Assembly: GCA_045837725.1 (NCBI GenBank)
Contig: JBEWZL010000270.1
Location: 310,001 to 369,786 of the forward strand
Direction of reading: 5' to 3'
DNA: 59,786 nucleotides
Source: Vermamoeba vermiformis
Lineage: Eukaryota
Positions 13,511 through 26,083 of the stretch are shown here, piece by piece. The notes below the pieces were generated by a model. The model saw nothing but the letters and a program-made list of their open reading frames with translations, was not told the origin of the DNA and did no database searches. The position numbers were made by a program, and so were the translations under genes. How positions within the stretch are numbered: the first letter of the stretch is position 1; each line of letters starts with the position of its first letter.

Positions 13511-16500
13511 ATGAGGAGACACGCAATACCAGCTGAATTTAGCAACGATCTGAAAGATGATTGGTCAAAGTTATTAGCAGTAGATATTAATAGACCGGGA
13601 GAACTACTGATTCACGAATTATTTCGCGTGGATTCCAAGAGCGGTTTGGTTCAACATCCGTTTCTAACAAACTCAAACAACGGTAAGCCCCGCATAATAT
13701 TATAATAAATTATACTAATATTTTTGCAGTTCAAATCGAGGTTAAATCAATTTGCCCAAGAGTCAAGGAGATTTTGGCAATAGATCAAAATTACGCCCAC
13801 ATTACCACGCACAAAGGCAACGTTAGTCCATTATTAGCAGCTGTACTAGTGCAAGATGAAGACTCTGTAGATATTTTGCTCGATAACAATGCAGATCCAG
13901 ACACGCCAGATGTGGAAGGTCGAACGCCCCTTTGGTGGGCAGCTAGATTTGGCAATACCGCCATCGTAGGGTCGCTCATGTCCTTTGGCGCGGCGATCGA
14001 TCCGCCAGTAGGCCCCGGCGTGCTTCATTTGGCCGTGTTAAGTCAGAAACGCAGCACTGTCTTGGCGATTTTAAGACACCCGAACTTGGATGTGAACCAA
14101 GGCGACAAAAAGATGCGCACAGCTTTGCATTGTAAGTACCATCGTAATAGGCATATTTTCGTTAGTATTAGACTCATGCAAACTTCTGCAACTAATTCTT
14201 TTTGCATCTTCTCGCGTTGGGCTAGAGGTTAAAAAATTCATTTTTTTTTCTGTGAAGGAGTGAAATTGAATATCTATATTGTGATTTATTACGACATTCA
14301 GATATTTCTATAATTACTATATATAGCAATAGTAATCTCACGATAATAATTTTTATTTATTTCACGATAGACGCTGCGGCCATGCGAAACACTCGAATTC
14401 TGAAAATGATGTTTGACGTCGAGGACATCAATGTCTTTGCACGTGACAGCTTGGGCATGACACCACTATTCTACGCAGCACTCTACGGCCGTGTCAAGAA
14501 TGTCAAACTTTTAATTAACGAAGGATTCTTTGTCTACGAGTCAATGGCCAGAAACAACGAAATTCCGATGAATCCTCCGCCTGAAGGACAACTGTCTTCG
14601 TTGATTATAAGCGACCCTGTTGATAATAACGGCATGACACCGCTGCTTTGGGCCTGTTGGAGCGGACAGCTAGAAGTCGCGGCTATTCTGTGCTACATGG
14701 AGAACGGTTATTCCGCTGCAGACACAAAAGCACGTGACTTGAAGGGCAGAACTGCATTGCACTTTGCCGTGTTAGGCCTGCACAAAGCACTGAAGCAAAA
14801 GTCAATTAAACGAGCCATACGCATCGTGGATATTATTCAAATTTTGGTCAAATCTGGCGCTGACGCACGTGCTTTGGATCACTTCGACAGAACACCGCTA
14901 CACGTGCTCGTACAAAACTTGCCTTTTATGGACAACGAACAGACCGAGCTGGTCTTGAAGGCCATTGATTTGTTAGTCCAAGCCGACACTCCGCTCAGAA
15001 AACAAAATCGCTTTGGACTGACTGTCATGCAATTGGCTGCGCAGAGTGGTCACGTGACACTTTTGAAGCACTTGTTTTCCAAATTAGGAAATCCTGTGGA
15101 TACAAATTCTTCGATACTTATCGACGGACAAGGCCGATCGTTATTGCACCACGTGGTCTTTGGATTGAAGAGCCAGAAGGAAATTTCATCGGATGTCAAC
15201 ATAGATTTCCCGCAGTGCGCCGTGTTTCTGCTACAAAACGGTGTTTCAGCATCGGCCATTGACAAAAAAGGAAAAACAGCGTTACAATTAGCAGTTCAAT
15301 ACGGCTTGCCGGCACTGTCACGTGTTTTGATCGAACGAACGGAGAACTTGAATGGCGCAGAATTATTGCAATTGTTCCTCAAAGGACGAAGGCACACGAC
15401 GGAATCTTTGCAAGTATTGATGGATAAACTTCCCTCAGTCAATCTCGGAGCACGAGATTACTTGCCAGTTTTGGAATCAGCTGCCAAATATCTTTTCGAT
15501 GAAAAATGCTGGCAATTAATTCAACAGAAAGTACAAGTCAACGACGAATTTTTGCAATTACTGTCACGGGATGTTACCTTACTACACACGGCTGCCAAAT
15601 ATGGAAATAAGATTGTTTTCGATTGGCTATTAGAATCGAGTTTGGACAAAGCGAAGTTATTGCAACTATTCGAGAAAACAGATGCAAAGTCAAACACGGT
15701 CCTTCACTTGGTTTTCAAGCACGGAGCGAAATCTCACGAGAAATTCCGTCCAGTAGCGGAATTATTGTTGGCGAACTGTACGAAGGCCGTTTATGACGTG
15801 AAAAACGCACGCGGAAAAACAGCCCTGCATTACGCGGCCCAATGGAGAACGAGTTACGTGGACAAATTGTGTTCGAATGGCATTGATGTCAACACGCGCG
15901 ACAACAACGGCGTGACAGCACTGCACGAGGCCGTTGCTGTCGGCAATGTCGGAACACTGACTTCGTTGATCATCAACAACGCGGACGTGACACTTGTTGA
16001 CTTCAAGTTGCGCACAGTATTTCATTGGCTGGCGTACTGGTCGCATAAGAACAACTACGACGGCACCACCGTGCTCGAGACCATTTTGGCACTTGATATG
16101 AGTGGACTAGGCATCTTAGAATCAGTCGACATTAACGGTCAAACACCGTTCCATTACCTCGCACGATTTGGCACGCACGATTTGACGCTGTTCAACAAAC
16201 TTATGGGACAATCACGTGACATGTTGGACGGTACCGGCGATTCGGCGCTGCATTTGGCAAGTCAATTTGGCCACGTGAACATTGTGCAAGAATTGCTCAA
16301 CACGCAAATGAATGTAAATACATTGAACCACAGCGGCATGACTGCACTGATGGTTGCCGCACGATATGGCCAACGCCCCGTGATGCAGCTATTATTAGAG
16401 CACTTTGCAGATATTCATTTGCAGGACAATCAAGGCCGAACAGCGCTGCATTGGGCCGTTCACGGAAAAAATCTCGCTTGTATCACGCTGGTTTGGTCCG

Positions 16501-17606
16501 ATGATTTAGGCTCAGTCGAAGATAACAATGAAATGATGCCTATTGATATCGCATGGGAGCAACAGAACGCGATGAGTTTCATGAAATTAGAGAATTTAAT
16601 CAACAAGACTGAACGAAATGACAGCGAAGATTACGAGGAAGAAGACGAGGAGGACACGGTCAATGTGATCTTCGATGAAGAGGACGAGTTGATGGCTACA
16701 GACGATGACAGTGATAGTGAAGAAGATGATGGCGACAGTGACGAAGAGAACGGCGACAAACAATTCGACGAATTATTCAACACGGATTTCTTGGCGGACC
16801 TCGAGAGCTCGTTGAAAACTCCATCACCCGAGACTAAAGACCAGCCGGACGAGCCGCGCCAAGAGGTCAGCGAGCCAGTGCCGCAGCCGCCAGTCATCAC
16901 CGCGATAAAACTAGACCAAACTAGTCCCTTAATGATGGAAGTGCCCAATAGCAACTCGACGGGCTTGACACCGACCGTGCCGTCCCCGCGACTCTTGCGC
17001 ATCAGTTCAGACAGCAGTGTCATAGGCAGTCCTGATCAATCTCCTCTGACCTCGCCAAGCACGTCAGGCGAGCACGTGCTTAGTCCCCGAACTCAGCTTA
17101 AGAGGACTGACAGTGGCTCGCGATTCTCGAAGTTCGCGATGCCGTCGTACATGGGCACGTTCATGAAAAAGTTCACGCCGGAAGGAGGTGAAGCCAGCCC
17201 TGATGGATCACAAAGCCCGAGTCAGAGTGGCGAGCATAGCTTGCAAGGACTATCAGCGCCTAGTCTCGAGAATAGTACTGAGTCTATTCAATATGCTAGT
17301 GTGGCGCTAGTGAAGCAACTGATCGAAAAAGAATTCGCAGAAAAAATCAAACAAGTTCGATCAGAATTCGAAGAAAAGATTCAAAATGCATTGACCGAAC
17401 AGACTAATAAGATGGCTGATATTATGAAACAGCAACAAGAATTATTGAACCGACAGAAACAAGATTTTGAAGAGTTATCGAAAAATTCGAACGTCAGCAA
17501 AGATTACTTGGACAAATTGACCAATCACATCGCGTTAAATAATCAAATTATCGATAATTTAAGCCAATCCAACAGCAAAACTAACTCTAATACAACGAGC
17601 GACTAA
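13511..17606 (+). CDS. Large ankyrin-repeat protein with acidic tract and C-terminal coiled coil
   Basis: Many G-x-T-[PA]-L-H repeats in ORFs 13774-14232 and 14382-17606; introns near 13683-13729 and 14132-14370; start may lie further upstream. Confidence 0.9.
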
Positions 17607-18783
17607 TATTTGTAATCACGTGTACTGTATTATTATAATGTTTGTATAAACGCTTTCATAGCACTTATTTATTATTATTCATAGCGTCTATATTATCTTT
17701 ATCAATTCTTTCTTGTCTATTTCATAATACCGAACTCCAGTGAAGCAATTCTGGCGCTTTTAATTGGTAAGTTGCCTGGTGCTTAATTTTGCCGGTGATC
17801 GCGTCAATAGTAAATACGCTAGTGCCAGAGGTCGTGTACGCGGTTTGAGTTGATCGTCGTAGGCCCAATCACTAATATCGTCATAGATGGGCAGCGGAAT
17901 GATTTTTGTTTGACAGGCGTTGGGACTCAATTTGTTGATAGAAGTACTTCTAACACGAAAAGAAAAAATTTGCTTTCGCACGAAATTGGCAATTTCGAAA
18001 CGATTTCCGAAGATTTTCTGTGTCTCTGCTTCGATCGACTTTCGCACGAGCATTATTCAGTTTTCCAACCGGCACAATCACAACGGCAACAGGAAGAATG
18101 TTCAAGTGACTATGAAAGTAAGTTAATTAGATTAAGCAAGCTTTTGGATCTTTCTAGATTATTAACTCGAAATCAGCTTGATTAACCCACCTCAAAAATT
18201 AATTAAAAATTAGGAATAATTCGGCTATTGTATAACATATAATTTTAAAAGCTATTTTACTATTTAAACGCGATCTGAGACCTACTTACTATTTTATTGT
18301 TGCATTTTTTCGAAACTTTGTAATTTCAGAACCATATTGGAGCCACAATAGTGACAAAATTAATTTGGCTTGTATTTTCTCGGCTCTGATGTCATTGATT
18401 TGAAGTTTGCTAAAAACTGAAACGGAGTATGGATTTGCCAAATCAATACTTTTGTTTTTGGCCTACACAACTGGCTTATAGAAGCCAACACTCTTACGCC
18501 AACTAATACACGATTACCGTAATTGATGATGTAATCAAAGGCAATTTTCGAATGGTTTTACGCATTGTTACGCTTTCGTACAAAAACTTAAAAAGATCGG
18601 GAGAGCTAAATTGTTTTAGTATACCGTGTTGCAAATCCTAATACTAATTAAACAATAGTCAGCAACGATTATTTCCAAACTAGGTAAAAACTGACCGCTT
18701 TACCATGCGGATGCGGAGCAGGTTTTTTTTTTGGATCCGGTAATTAGTTACCGTTACAAACTTGTACTAAGTAACACAAACAA

Positions 18784-20256
18784 ATGAAATTTCTTATTAT
18801 TATCTCTCTTGTTCTGTTAGAGCTCGTAGTAGCGAGCGAGATGGTGCTGACTCCTGGTGGCTATCGTCCTCGTGAATGCGTAAGTCAGATCTTGCCGCCA
18901 AATTTAATCATAATTTTGTCGCTAATATTTAATGATATATAGGTCCATATTATCGAAGAAGAAGGCGCCGTTGTTCATCACCCCACTTACGACCAGATGT
19001 GGATCAAGTTCGCTAACGGCACCATCAAAGATCTGCCTCCTTGCAAGGGAGCAATGAAACCAACAGCTCGTCAATTGCGTGGAGGATGGCTCGTAAGTAT
19101 ATAACTCTATATAACTAATAATAATTTCGGGTATTAACAAAAAATTTATTTAGGCGTATGCCGTGTACAATTCGCAGGAAACAATTACTAGCTTCACTGG
19201 ACGATGGTAACACTAATATAGGATTATTTTAATACGGATTCAATTGTAGTATGATCATACTGATTGCTATTAATAGGACCGTTCCTCCCCCTCCTCAATC
19301 CGACGGTCAAAACATCTACTTGTTGCTCGGCTTGGAAAACTACTACTACGGTACGTTTGTTATTGAATCACTGCTATATAAGTATATATGTGTATAATGT
19401 GAACGCAAATCAAAGAATAGACGTTAGTGCTGTTCGAACTAACGCGTTATTTTTCGCATCAGATGAGCAAGGTGCTTACAAAGGTGAGACTATCATTCAG
19501 CCTGTATTGCAGTGGGGTCGCGCTCTAACTGGCGGTGGTGCGGTAAGTACATTTCCTCGAAATCGAGCGACACATCTACTTTTTTCATGCGCATCCGTTA
19601 TTACGCAATCTTTTTTTGACCAAATAGGATAGATTTATTTTTTTATCGTATATGATCTTATATACATTCAAAAATCTCTAAACTAATGCATTTGTTTAAG
19701 TATTGGGCTATTGCTAGCTGGTACGTCGGATCCAACGCCGTGTACAGGTAAGAAATTTCGCTAATTAATTAAATGTATAATCGTTACTAATGTTTTGTTT
19801 TATAGTCTCGCGCAAAAGGTTAACCCTAACGACGTGATCGTGGGCAATATGTTCTTGAACAAAAACAACACGTGGTCAATTCAATGCCTCGACAAGACTA
19901 CTGGTGTTAGCAGCAACCTTGCCGTAGTGACTGGTAGTTTGGAGCCTGTTGCCACCGTTACTTTTGTACGTCTAACTGATTTATTAATATTTTATCCGGA
20001 GTTAATTTTATGGATCAAGATCCACAGCGAAGTTTCTACGAAAAAAATGTAGGCGCGTATTAATTTATTATGAATGTAGGAAGCCTACGGCATGAAAAAT
20101 TGCGACGATTATCCGAACGGCAAGGTTAGATTCTCAAATTTGGCAATCGTGGACGGCACCAAGTCTTTGTCCCCTAAGTGGCAGCCAGTTACAGTCGATC
20201 AATGCGAAGAATCTGTTACTATCGTGGATAAGAAGACTATCGATATTAAGTTTTAA
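18784..20256 (+). CDS. Secreted glutamic peptidase-like protein (G1/eqolisin-like fold), about 8 exons
   Basis: Signal peptide; spliced protein has propeptide VLTPGGYRPREC, then FTGRWTVPPPP, IIQPVLQWG, WAIASWYV and VTFEAYG, giving candidate catalytic Gln and Glu. Confidence 0.65.
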
Positions 20257-20476
20257 GAGTAATAAAGGTCGTTTTGTCTCTTACAAACCGGCGAGTACAA
20301 ATTAAAAAAAAATTATTTATTAAATCTAATTATTACTTATACGTCTAATTCTAACATCACCCCTACTACTATTATTATTACTAATATTATTATGACTACT
20401 ATAAGTTGAAGTTGTTCGATCTTTCTTGAGCTGGCTATAAAATCGATTCTCGCTCAATAACCATGCATTCCGCCTA

Positions 20477-22265
20477 TTACAAAGGCTTATCTAGCGCGAT
20501 AAGAAGTTTTCGAGCGAAATCAATTTTGCAGTAAGGAAAATGAATTCGTTTGAAGATCTTGACCCAGATCTCGAGCGGAAACACGTCCGTGAATGCATCT
20601 TCGCGCAATCTTATCATCTGAATAAATGCGTTGATGTGTCTAATGTCGTCGATGCTGCGCCAGTAATTTCTATAATTTCGAAGAAGGGGCTGTTGGACGA
20701 TATCAATAAATTCTTGAACACCATGTAAATCAGCCGCAGTAATCGACTCATTGGCTTGAAGTATGCTCGCTAGTGTTTGTTGCATCATTTCTTTCTCATC
20801 ATCATTTGCTCCATCCGGCGATTTAACTTTGATCGTTCGTATTGACTCGTTGATTTTGAGGGCTGATTCAATATGATGAAAACATCGCTTATTGATGGTC
20901 AAGCTGGTTAATGTCTGATTGGCTGCCAGAGCTTCGCTGAATTTTTTCAGGTTGTTTTCGGTTTCTTCTTCCGGCTCTTTACTCCATTCAGGGGCGTAAA
21001 GATGCAAAGATGACAATGTGAAATTCGCACGAAGAACATCTGCAAACATGCTGTAATAGCGTCCAGAGTACTTGTCGAGTTGGAAATCAAGGTCTAAATG
21101 TCGTAATGTCTTATTCGTCATCAATCCTTTTGTTATTTCGGACACAAAATATTCGCCAGCTGGTTGTACTTTATTTCTGAAAGTAAAACTCTCCAGCGTC
21201 GAATTGACTTGCAATATGTTTCCTATTGACCAAAAACTTTGCATCGTTTTGCGAATATCACTGTCGTATGAGCCATCCTCCGAAAAAGTTATTGATAATT
21301 TGGTGATGCTCTTGCTGTTTCTGAGAATTTCACAAAGGTCAACGTCTTGCAATGCAATGTCCGTCATTATCAATGTCTTCAACTTGGTTTGCAAAATTGG
21401 CTTCAATTTATCAAAATTTATCAATGTTCCATCACCAGCAATATCGAGTTTTCGTACATTTTCGTTTTCTGCCAATTTTTCTAGGTCACTCTTGCCACCA
21501 ACAAGCAAGCAAATGTCCGAAAAATTTGGTACAGACAAAAGCTCAAGATAGATGTTGTCCTCGCTGCTGAATACCTTCATGAAAATTGATGTCAAATTTG
21601 GACGTGTCAAAGTGTCAACTAGCTCTGTCATCGGTGGTGAAGAATCTGTGCTCCCTAGAATGAGGGACACACTAGTGATCCTATTCGTCGCCAATATTTT
21701 TTCATACGAAGCTCGGTATAAGTCCCACCAAGAGGTTTCAATGGTAAGTCGGCTAATTGACTTGTTTTGAATGTACAGATCTGTAGCTTGGATGTACGCG
21801 TCGGGGATTATATCTATATCCTCTAAAGTTGGGCTGTTTTTCAATGCATTGCGTAGTCCCCAACTTTTCAATGTTCTAATGCTTTGATAGTTTAGGACGA
21901 TGAATTTTTTTCTTGCGCGGATGAGATCGATTATGTCCTCTGAAGTCGTCGGAAAATAAACCTTAGCAACCAAATATTAGTCTAATGCATATTAATATCA
22001 GTTTTAACTTACCGGTTCGTAAAGGAGTTCAACTTCTCGAATTGACGGATCAATTGACGACTTTAATCGTTCGAACTGACTAGCTGATAAATCGTTCCTT
22101 GTTACGCGTAATCTATCAATGTGTTTGATCTGACTTATCATTGAACAAAATTCATCGAACACTTGGTCTTGAATCGTGTAATTATTGAAAATTACCGTTT
22201 TAATCTTCTGAAGTATTTCATCGCCTTTAAATAATATCTTTTTGATCCATATGATATTATCCGTC
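20477..22265 (-). CDS. RNI-like LRR family protein with C-terminal F-box-like tail; appears 5'-truncated (possible pseudogene)
   Basis: LxxNxTLxxLxL repeats; tail VFPLEIWVKIFKRI; upstream exon (IKTVIFNNYTIQ...IDPSIREVELLYEP) matches the paralog at 44177 but homology stops at about 22265. Confidence 0.75.
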
Positions 22266-22267
22266 CA

Positions 22268-23290
22268 ATGTTAATCGAAGAAATGCACGTATTAAACAAG
22301 GTTTTAGAGGTCAATACGACATTAGCGGAATTAGATATCGAGGAGACGGGCAACAACCGAGTGGCACTGAAAATCAATCGAACAATCACAGGGCTTAAAT
22401 GTATTGCACCTTCAATGGCCGAATCAGACTATGAATATGACACTTTCTGCTCGTGTTTATTGTTGAACCAAAGCTTGACAAGATTAGAATTGAGTAATTG
22501 CAAACCAAAGCTACATCCGTTGATAGCGTACATACAACGCAATACAAATCTAAAAACATTATCATTACTATCAAAAAGTGTCGATGTTATAGTACCAGAG
22601 TTGATATCAGTACTAAACAATCACCCTTCAATTACGGATCTGACCTTGGCAGCAATTTACAAAAAAAACCGCGCAAAGCTCACAGCGGAGGTATTAAGAA
22701 CCAACAAAGTGGTAAAAAAATTCAAATTGACTGGCGAAATATCCATAGCAACAGTTCACGCGATCTGCCAATCGTTGTACGACAATGACACTTTGACGAG
22801 TTTGACACTTGACAGCAATCTCCGGATCTGTCCGAGCTCTAGTTTTAGCGCGACTTCGTGTTTAGCATGCACTGCTAGAGCATTTTCAGACTTAATGGCT
22901 AAGAACAAAACATTGCAAGTGCTGCATGTGACAGCAATGACAACGGAACAATTAACGCGAGTTTTGGCCATGAACAGCAGTCTTACTAGCATCGCCGTAG
23001 ATAAAACCGATTCCATAATTTCCCAGCATTTTCTCAAGATTAAAAAAGGATTGGTCGTCAATACAAGAGTTATGTCGTTGAAAATTAACGGACCGCGGGC
23101 AGACAAGCACTGCAAATTTATTGATAAGTACATCACTCGCAATAGAAATTTGTACATTGATGCAGCAATCATCGTTCATAATATACGACGCAGCGATTTG
23201 TTTCAACTGATGCCATTAGAGATGTGGACTCATATTTTCAGCTTGTTGGGTCATCCATACGACAAACATTGGGACACATTTTGGGATTGA
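22268..23290 (+). CDS. RNI-like LRR family protein with C-terminal F-box-like tail; probably 5'-truncated
   Basis: LEVNTTLAELDI, LYDNDTLTSLTL, MAKNKTLQVLHV repeats; tail LMPLEMWTHIFSLL; close paralog of 58846-59786. Confidence 0.75.
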   Translation: MLIEEMHVLNKVLEVNTTLAELDIEETGNNRVALKINRTITGLKCIAPSMAESDYEYDTFCSCLLLNQSLTRLELSNCKPKLHPLIAYIQRNTNLKTLSLLSKSVDVIVPELISVLNNHPSITDLTLAAIYKKNRAKLTAEVLRTNKVVKKFKLTGEISIATVHAICQSLYDNDTLTSLTLDSNLRICPSSSFSATSCLACTARAFSDLMAKNKTLQVLHVTAMTTEQLTRVLAMNSSLTSIAVDKTDSIISQHFLKIKKGLVVNTRVMSLKINGPRADKHCKFIDKYITRNRNLYIDAAIIVHNIRRSDLFQLMPLEMWTHIFSLLGHPYDKHWDTFWD

Positions 23291-24403
23291 TAAATAAACA
23301 GGATTGCGAAGCGAAATGTGTATTTAAATGTGATTGTACTGACCAGAACTGAGCGGAACCAAACCTTGACGTTGTTTCGATACCAAACTAAATTTTACGC
23401 CGTGCTCTTGCTTCTGCAACACATAATAAGAGCGACTTGAGAGGCTTAGAAACATCGAAGATATGTTCCATTGGCGGATGCACTGAATGTACTTCACTAG
23501 GTGATAACACGTTGTTGGTGGGTTGCACAGTTCGGTCGTTCTAATGAATGCGTTGATAACTTTTGGTGTCCAGGCCGCGGTCTTTTAAAACGAATCGCGT
23601 GGCAAAGGCAACTCGGCTAAGAATGCTTCCAACGCGCACGTCAATTAATTTTAAATAATCAAACTACGAGTTGTTTATCGGCGTAACTTTTTTGTTTAGC
23701 CTAATACGCCATTCACGAAAATAGACTATTCGGAAACCTCCGCCTTTGAGTGCGTAATTCTGCAGTGTCGGTCGTAAGGCCCGGCGTATAACCACTGAAC
23801 ATATCGAGTTACCTGAACATGTCAGCCAACAGATTGGCTAGCGTTAGGGAGCATCAAAACCATAATCCTTAATATTTGAGTGAATCAATTGTACTGCAAT
23901 ATGCTGGTCGGAGCAGGCCGAGCAATTTACACTAGTAGATAGTACAGCTTTGAATAATTGCCGATATTTTGAGTTTTGTACTGTCGCGAAAATATCGGTC
24001 GATCGAATAAAAATAATAATAATTTATTTTTGGCAAAATCCAACCTTTTCGGCGTATGCTGGACCGCGAAACAGCTAATTTAATCTTACGGGATTGCCAG
24101 CCTGCATAATTTATCGAATGCCGTGTAATGGATGACGCTGTTATCGGAAGAAACAAAGAAACCTGGTAGGCGTGACAGATATTCTGATGAGAAATCTGGT
24201 GTCTCGAAACACAGGCGATAAACGACAGTTTAAAGACGGTACGCGAGAGGGATACAGTACTTCTCGCGCTTATTCACGGGCATTGCCAAAACAGGTCCGA
24301 ATGAGGTGCGAAAAAGGATCGTTTATGGAATAGAGTACACTAGGTGTCATTATACAAGTATGAACAACCTACGACTTATACAATTAATTGCTGTGCATAT
24401 CAA

Positions 24404-24565
24404 TTAAAAATAAAATGTTTCGCCGCCACCAGGATCGTTGAATACACGAGTTTCGCCGCCACCAGGATCGTTGAATACAAGAGTTTCGCCGGCACCGGGA
24501 TCGTTGAATAGACCAGTCTGACCGCTGAAAGTGGTAGTGAAGCCCATGCTCACAGGTGCGTTCAT
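24404..24565 (-). CDS. 53-aa peptide with three tandem 11-aa repeats (FNDPG[G/A]GET)
   Basis: MNAPVSMGFTTTFSGQTGL-FNDPGAGETLV-FNDPGGGETRV-FNDPGGGETFYF*; TATAAA about 60 nt upstream; below the ORF-track length cutoff. Confidence 0.6.
   Translation of the reverse strand: MNAPVSMGFTTTFSGQTGLFNDPGAGETLVFNDPGGGETRVFNDPGGGETFYF
24418..24516. repeat. Three tandem 33-bp repeats
   Basis: tttcgccg(c/g)cacc(a/g)ggatcgttgaata units starting at 24418, 24451 and 24484. Confidence 0.95.
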
Positions 24566-25371
24566 CTTGCGTTGTCGTGTGCTTGTTGTTGTGTGAAATT
24601 GAATGGTTCAGCTCAATTTTTCTGATTTATACTCCCTAAGAGCACGTGGCTGACTAAAAATGGAATGGACCCCGAAATATAACCGCGTTCGGCGAACTGG
24701 ACCTTAACGAGCAATTAATAGAGTCAAAGCCACGTCATTTAATGAACCTTTGGTGGAAGATCGGATCTTTCCGGTGTCGCCAACTATGACATTGTCAACC
24801 TTTCATTCCGATCGTTTAGGCACTGCTCGCATCGTGTATATGTATTGATTTATATTAATGCGACGAATTTGCAAGGCGTGTCGAAGATGTAATAATAACA
24901 TTTAAGGCTTTTTCCGAGGTTCTGCAGCTCAATTGTTCGGACAGAGGATGGCCGTTTGAAAGTACAGATAAAATGCGGCTTGCATTGCCTGCACCTCAAA
25001 AATAAAGGCTTTGTTTAATTATTGAGTTTAGAAAAGAAGGGAAGGCTACAACCGTCTATAGATCCAATGGCACATCATCGATGATAGATTTGAACCGGTA
25101 CTTAAATAAAAATGATCGGGAATGAAGGCGTATTATTGTAACTCTTGACTGTACTGACCAAAATGGAACCAAGAACCTTGGCGCATGAAGACGCTGGCTT
25201 CATTTACTTAATGCGTGGCTATGGTGAATAACAATAAATTCCATGAACCCTCCGAAGCATTATGGACAAGATCTGGACCTCGTTAGTAAAGCATATTATT
25301 TACTATTTATGTACAAGTTAGATTACTACCGCCTTATTCATATGAATAACCGTTGATGAAAAAAATCATAA

Positions 25372-25777
25372 TTATTGTTTGTTTTTGTTCGGATCAGGAC
25401 CCACATCTCGTGAACCTATTGAGCTGTCAACAAACCGGAGAAAATTCCACAATTATAATTATTTACCCGAATTTACAAAGGCTCCTCGAATGGCTGCTTG
25501 CTTCGGTAACGCTTCTGGAGAATCTGACATTTTTTAAATTATTATTACAAATTCCAACAAGCTTCTAACATTAATATTACGGATAGTTCACGTGCAATAA
25601 TATTATTTTATTATGAAATAAATTAGTATTAGGTCGAGTGAACTTACTTAATGAAACTTCTTTTCTTTTCTGTCCTTGGGCGTAGAACATGGGCCATGAA
25701 AATCCCACTACCGCAATGCCTATTAGTGCGAGTGCAAATAAGCCATTCCGTGACTTTGGTTTTGGTTTTGACGACAT
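25372..25777 (-). CDS. Small single-pass membrane protein with C-terminal RGAFVNSGSRDVGPD motif, 3 exons
   Basis: Spliced MSSKPKPKSRNGLFALALIGIAVVGFSWPMFYA...PKQAAIRGAFVNSGSRDVGPDPNKNKQ*; resembles a small conserved eukaryotic protein of unknown function (from memory). Confidence 0.65.
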
Positions 25778-26083
25778 CTGTTGTTATCTATTTGTTGAAC
25801 GTTGGTGAATAGCCAGATATTTCGTTCAATTCTGATTGAAACATGAAGACAGTGCCCTTTTATCTATTCTTAACGTCATATTATGTTTTCGTTCACGCGT
25901 AATATCACGGACGAATGCATTTAGCCTTTTTTTTGTTTTTCCCGCCATTTTTGATTCGGTTCGTTATCCTTTTTTAAATTTACATTTCAATTAATACAAC
26001 CACAACATCGATAAAAGGTACGTGGGTATTAGTAATTACTTGATCAACGCAACAAAGCAATTCTAACAAGGCATCTAAACCAG

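Noticed and set aside
16631-17023. Antisense ORFs over long CDSs (here and elsewhere)
   Set aside because: Shadow frames of well-supported opposite-strand genes
17760-18185. Overlapping short ORFs after the ankyrin gene
   Set aside because: No recognisable motifs, non-ATG starts, no convincing splice pattern
23340-24350. Possible tRNA or other RNA gene in the long intergenic stretch
   Set aside because: No cloverleaf or A/B boxes recognised
24418-24516. 33-bp repeats as a CRISPR array
   Set aside because: Directly tandem with no unique spacers, no cas genes, eukaryotic context; they read as an in-frame peptide repeat
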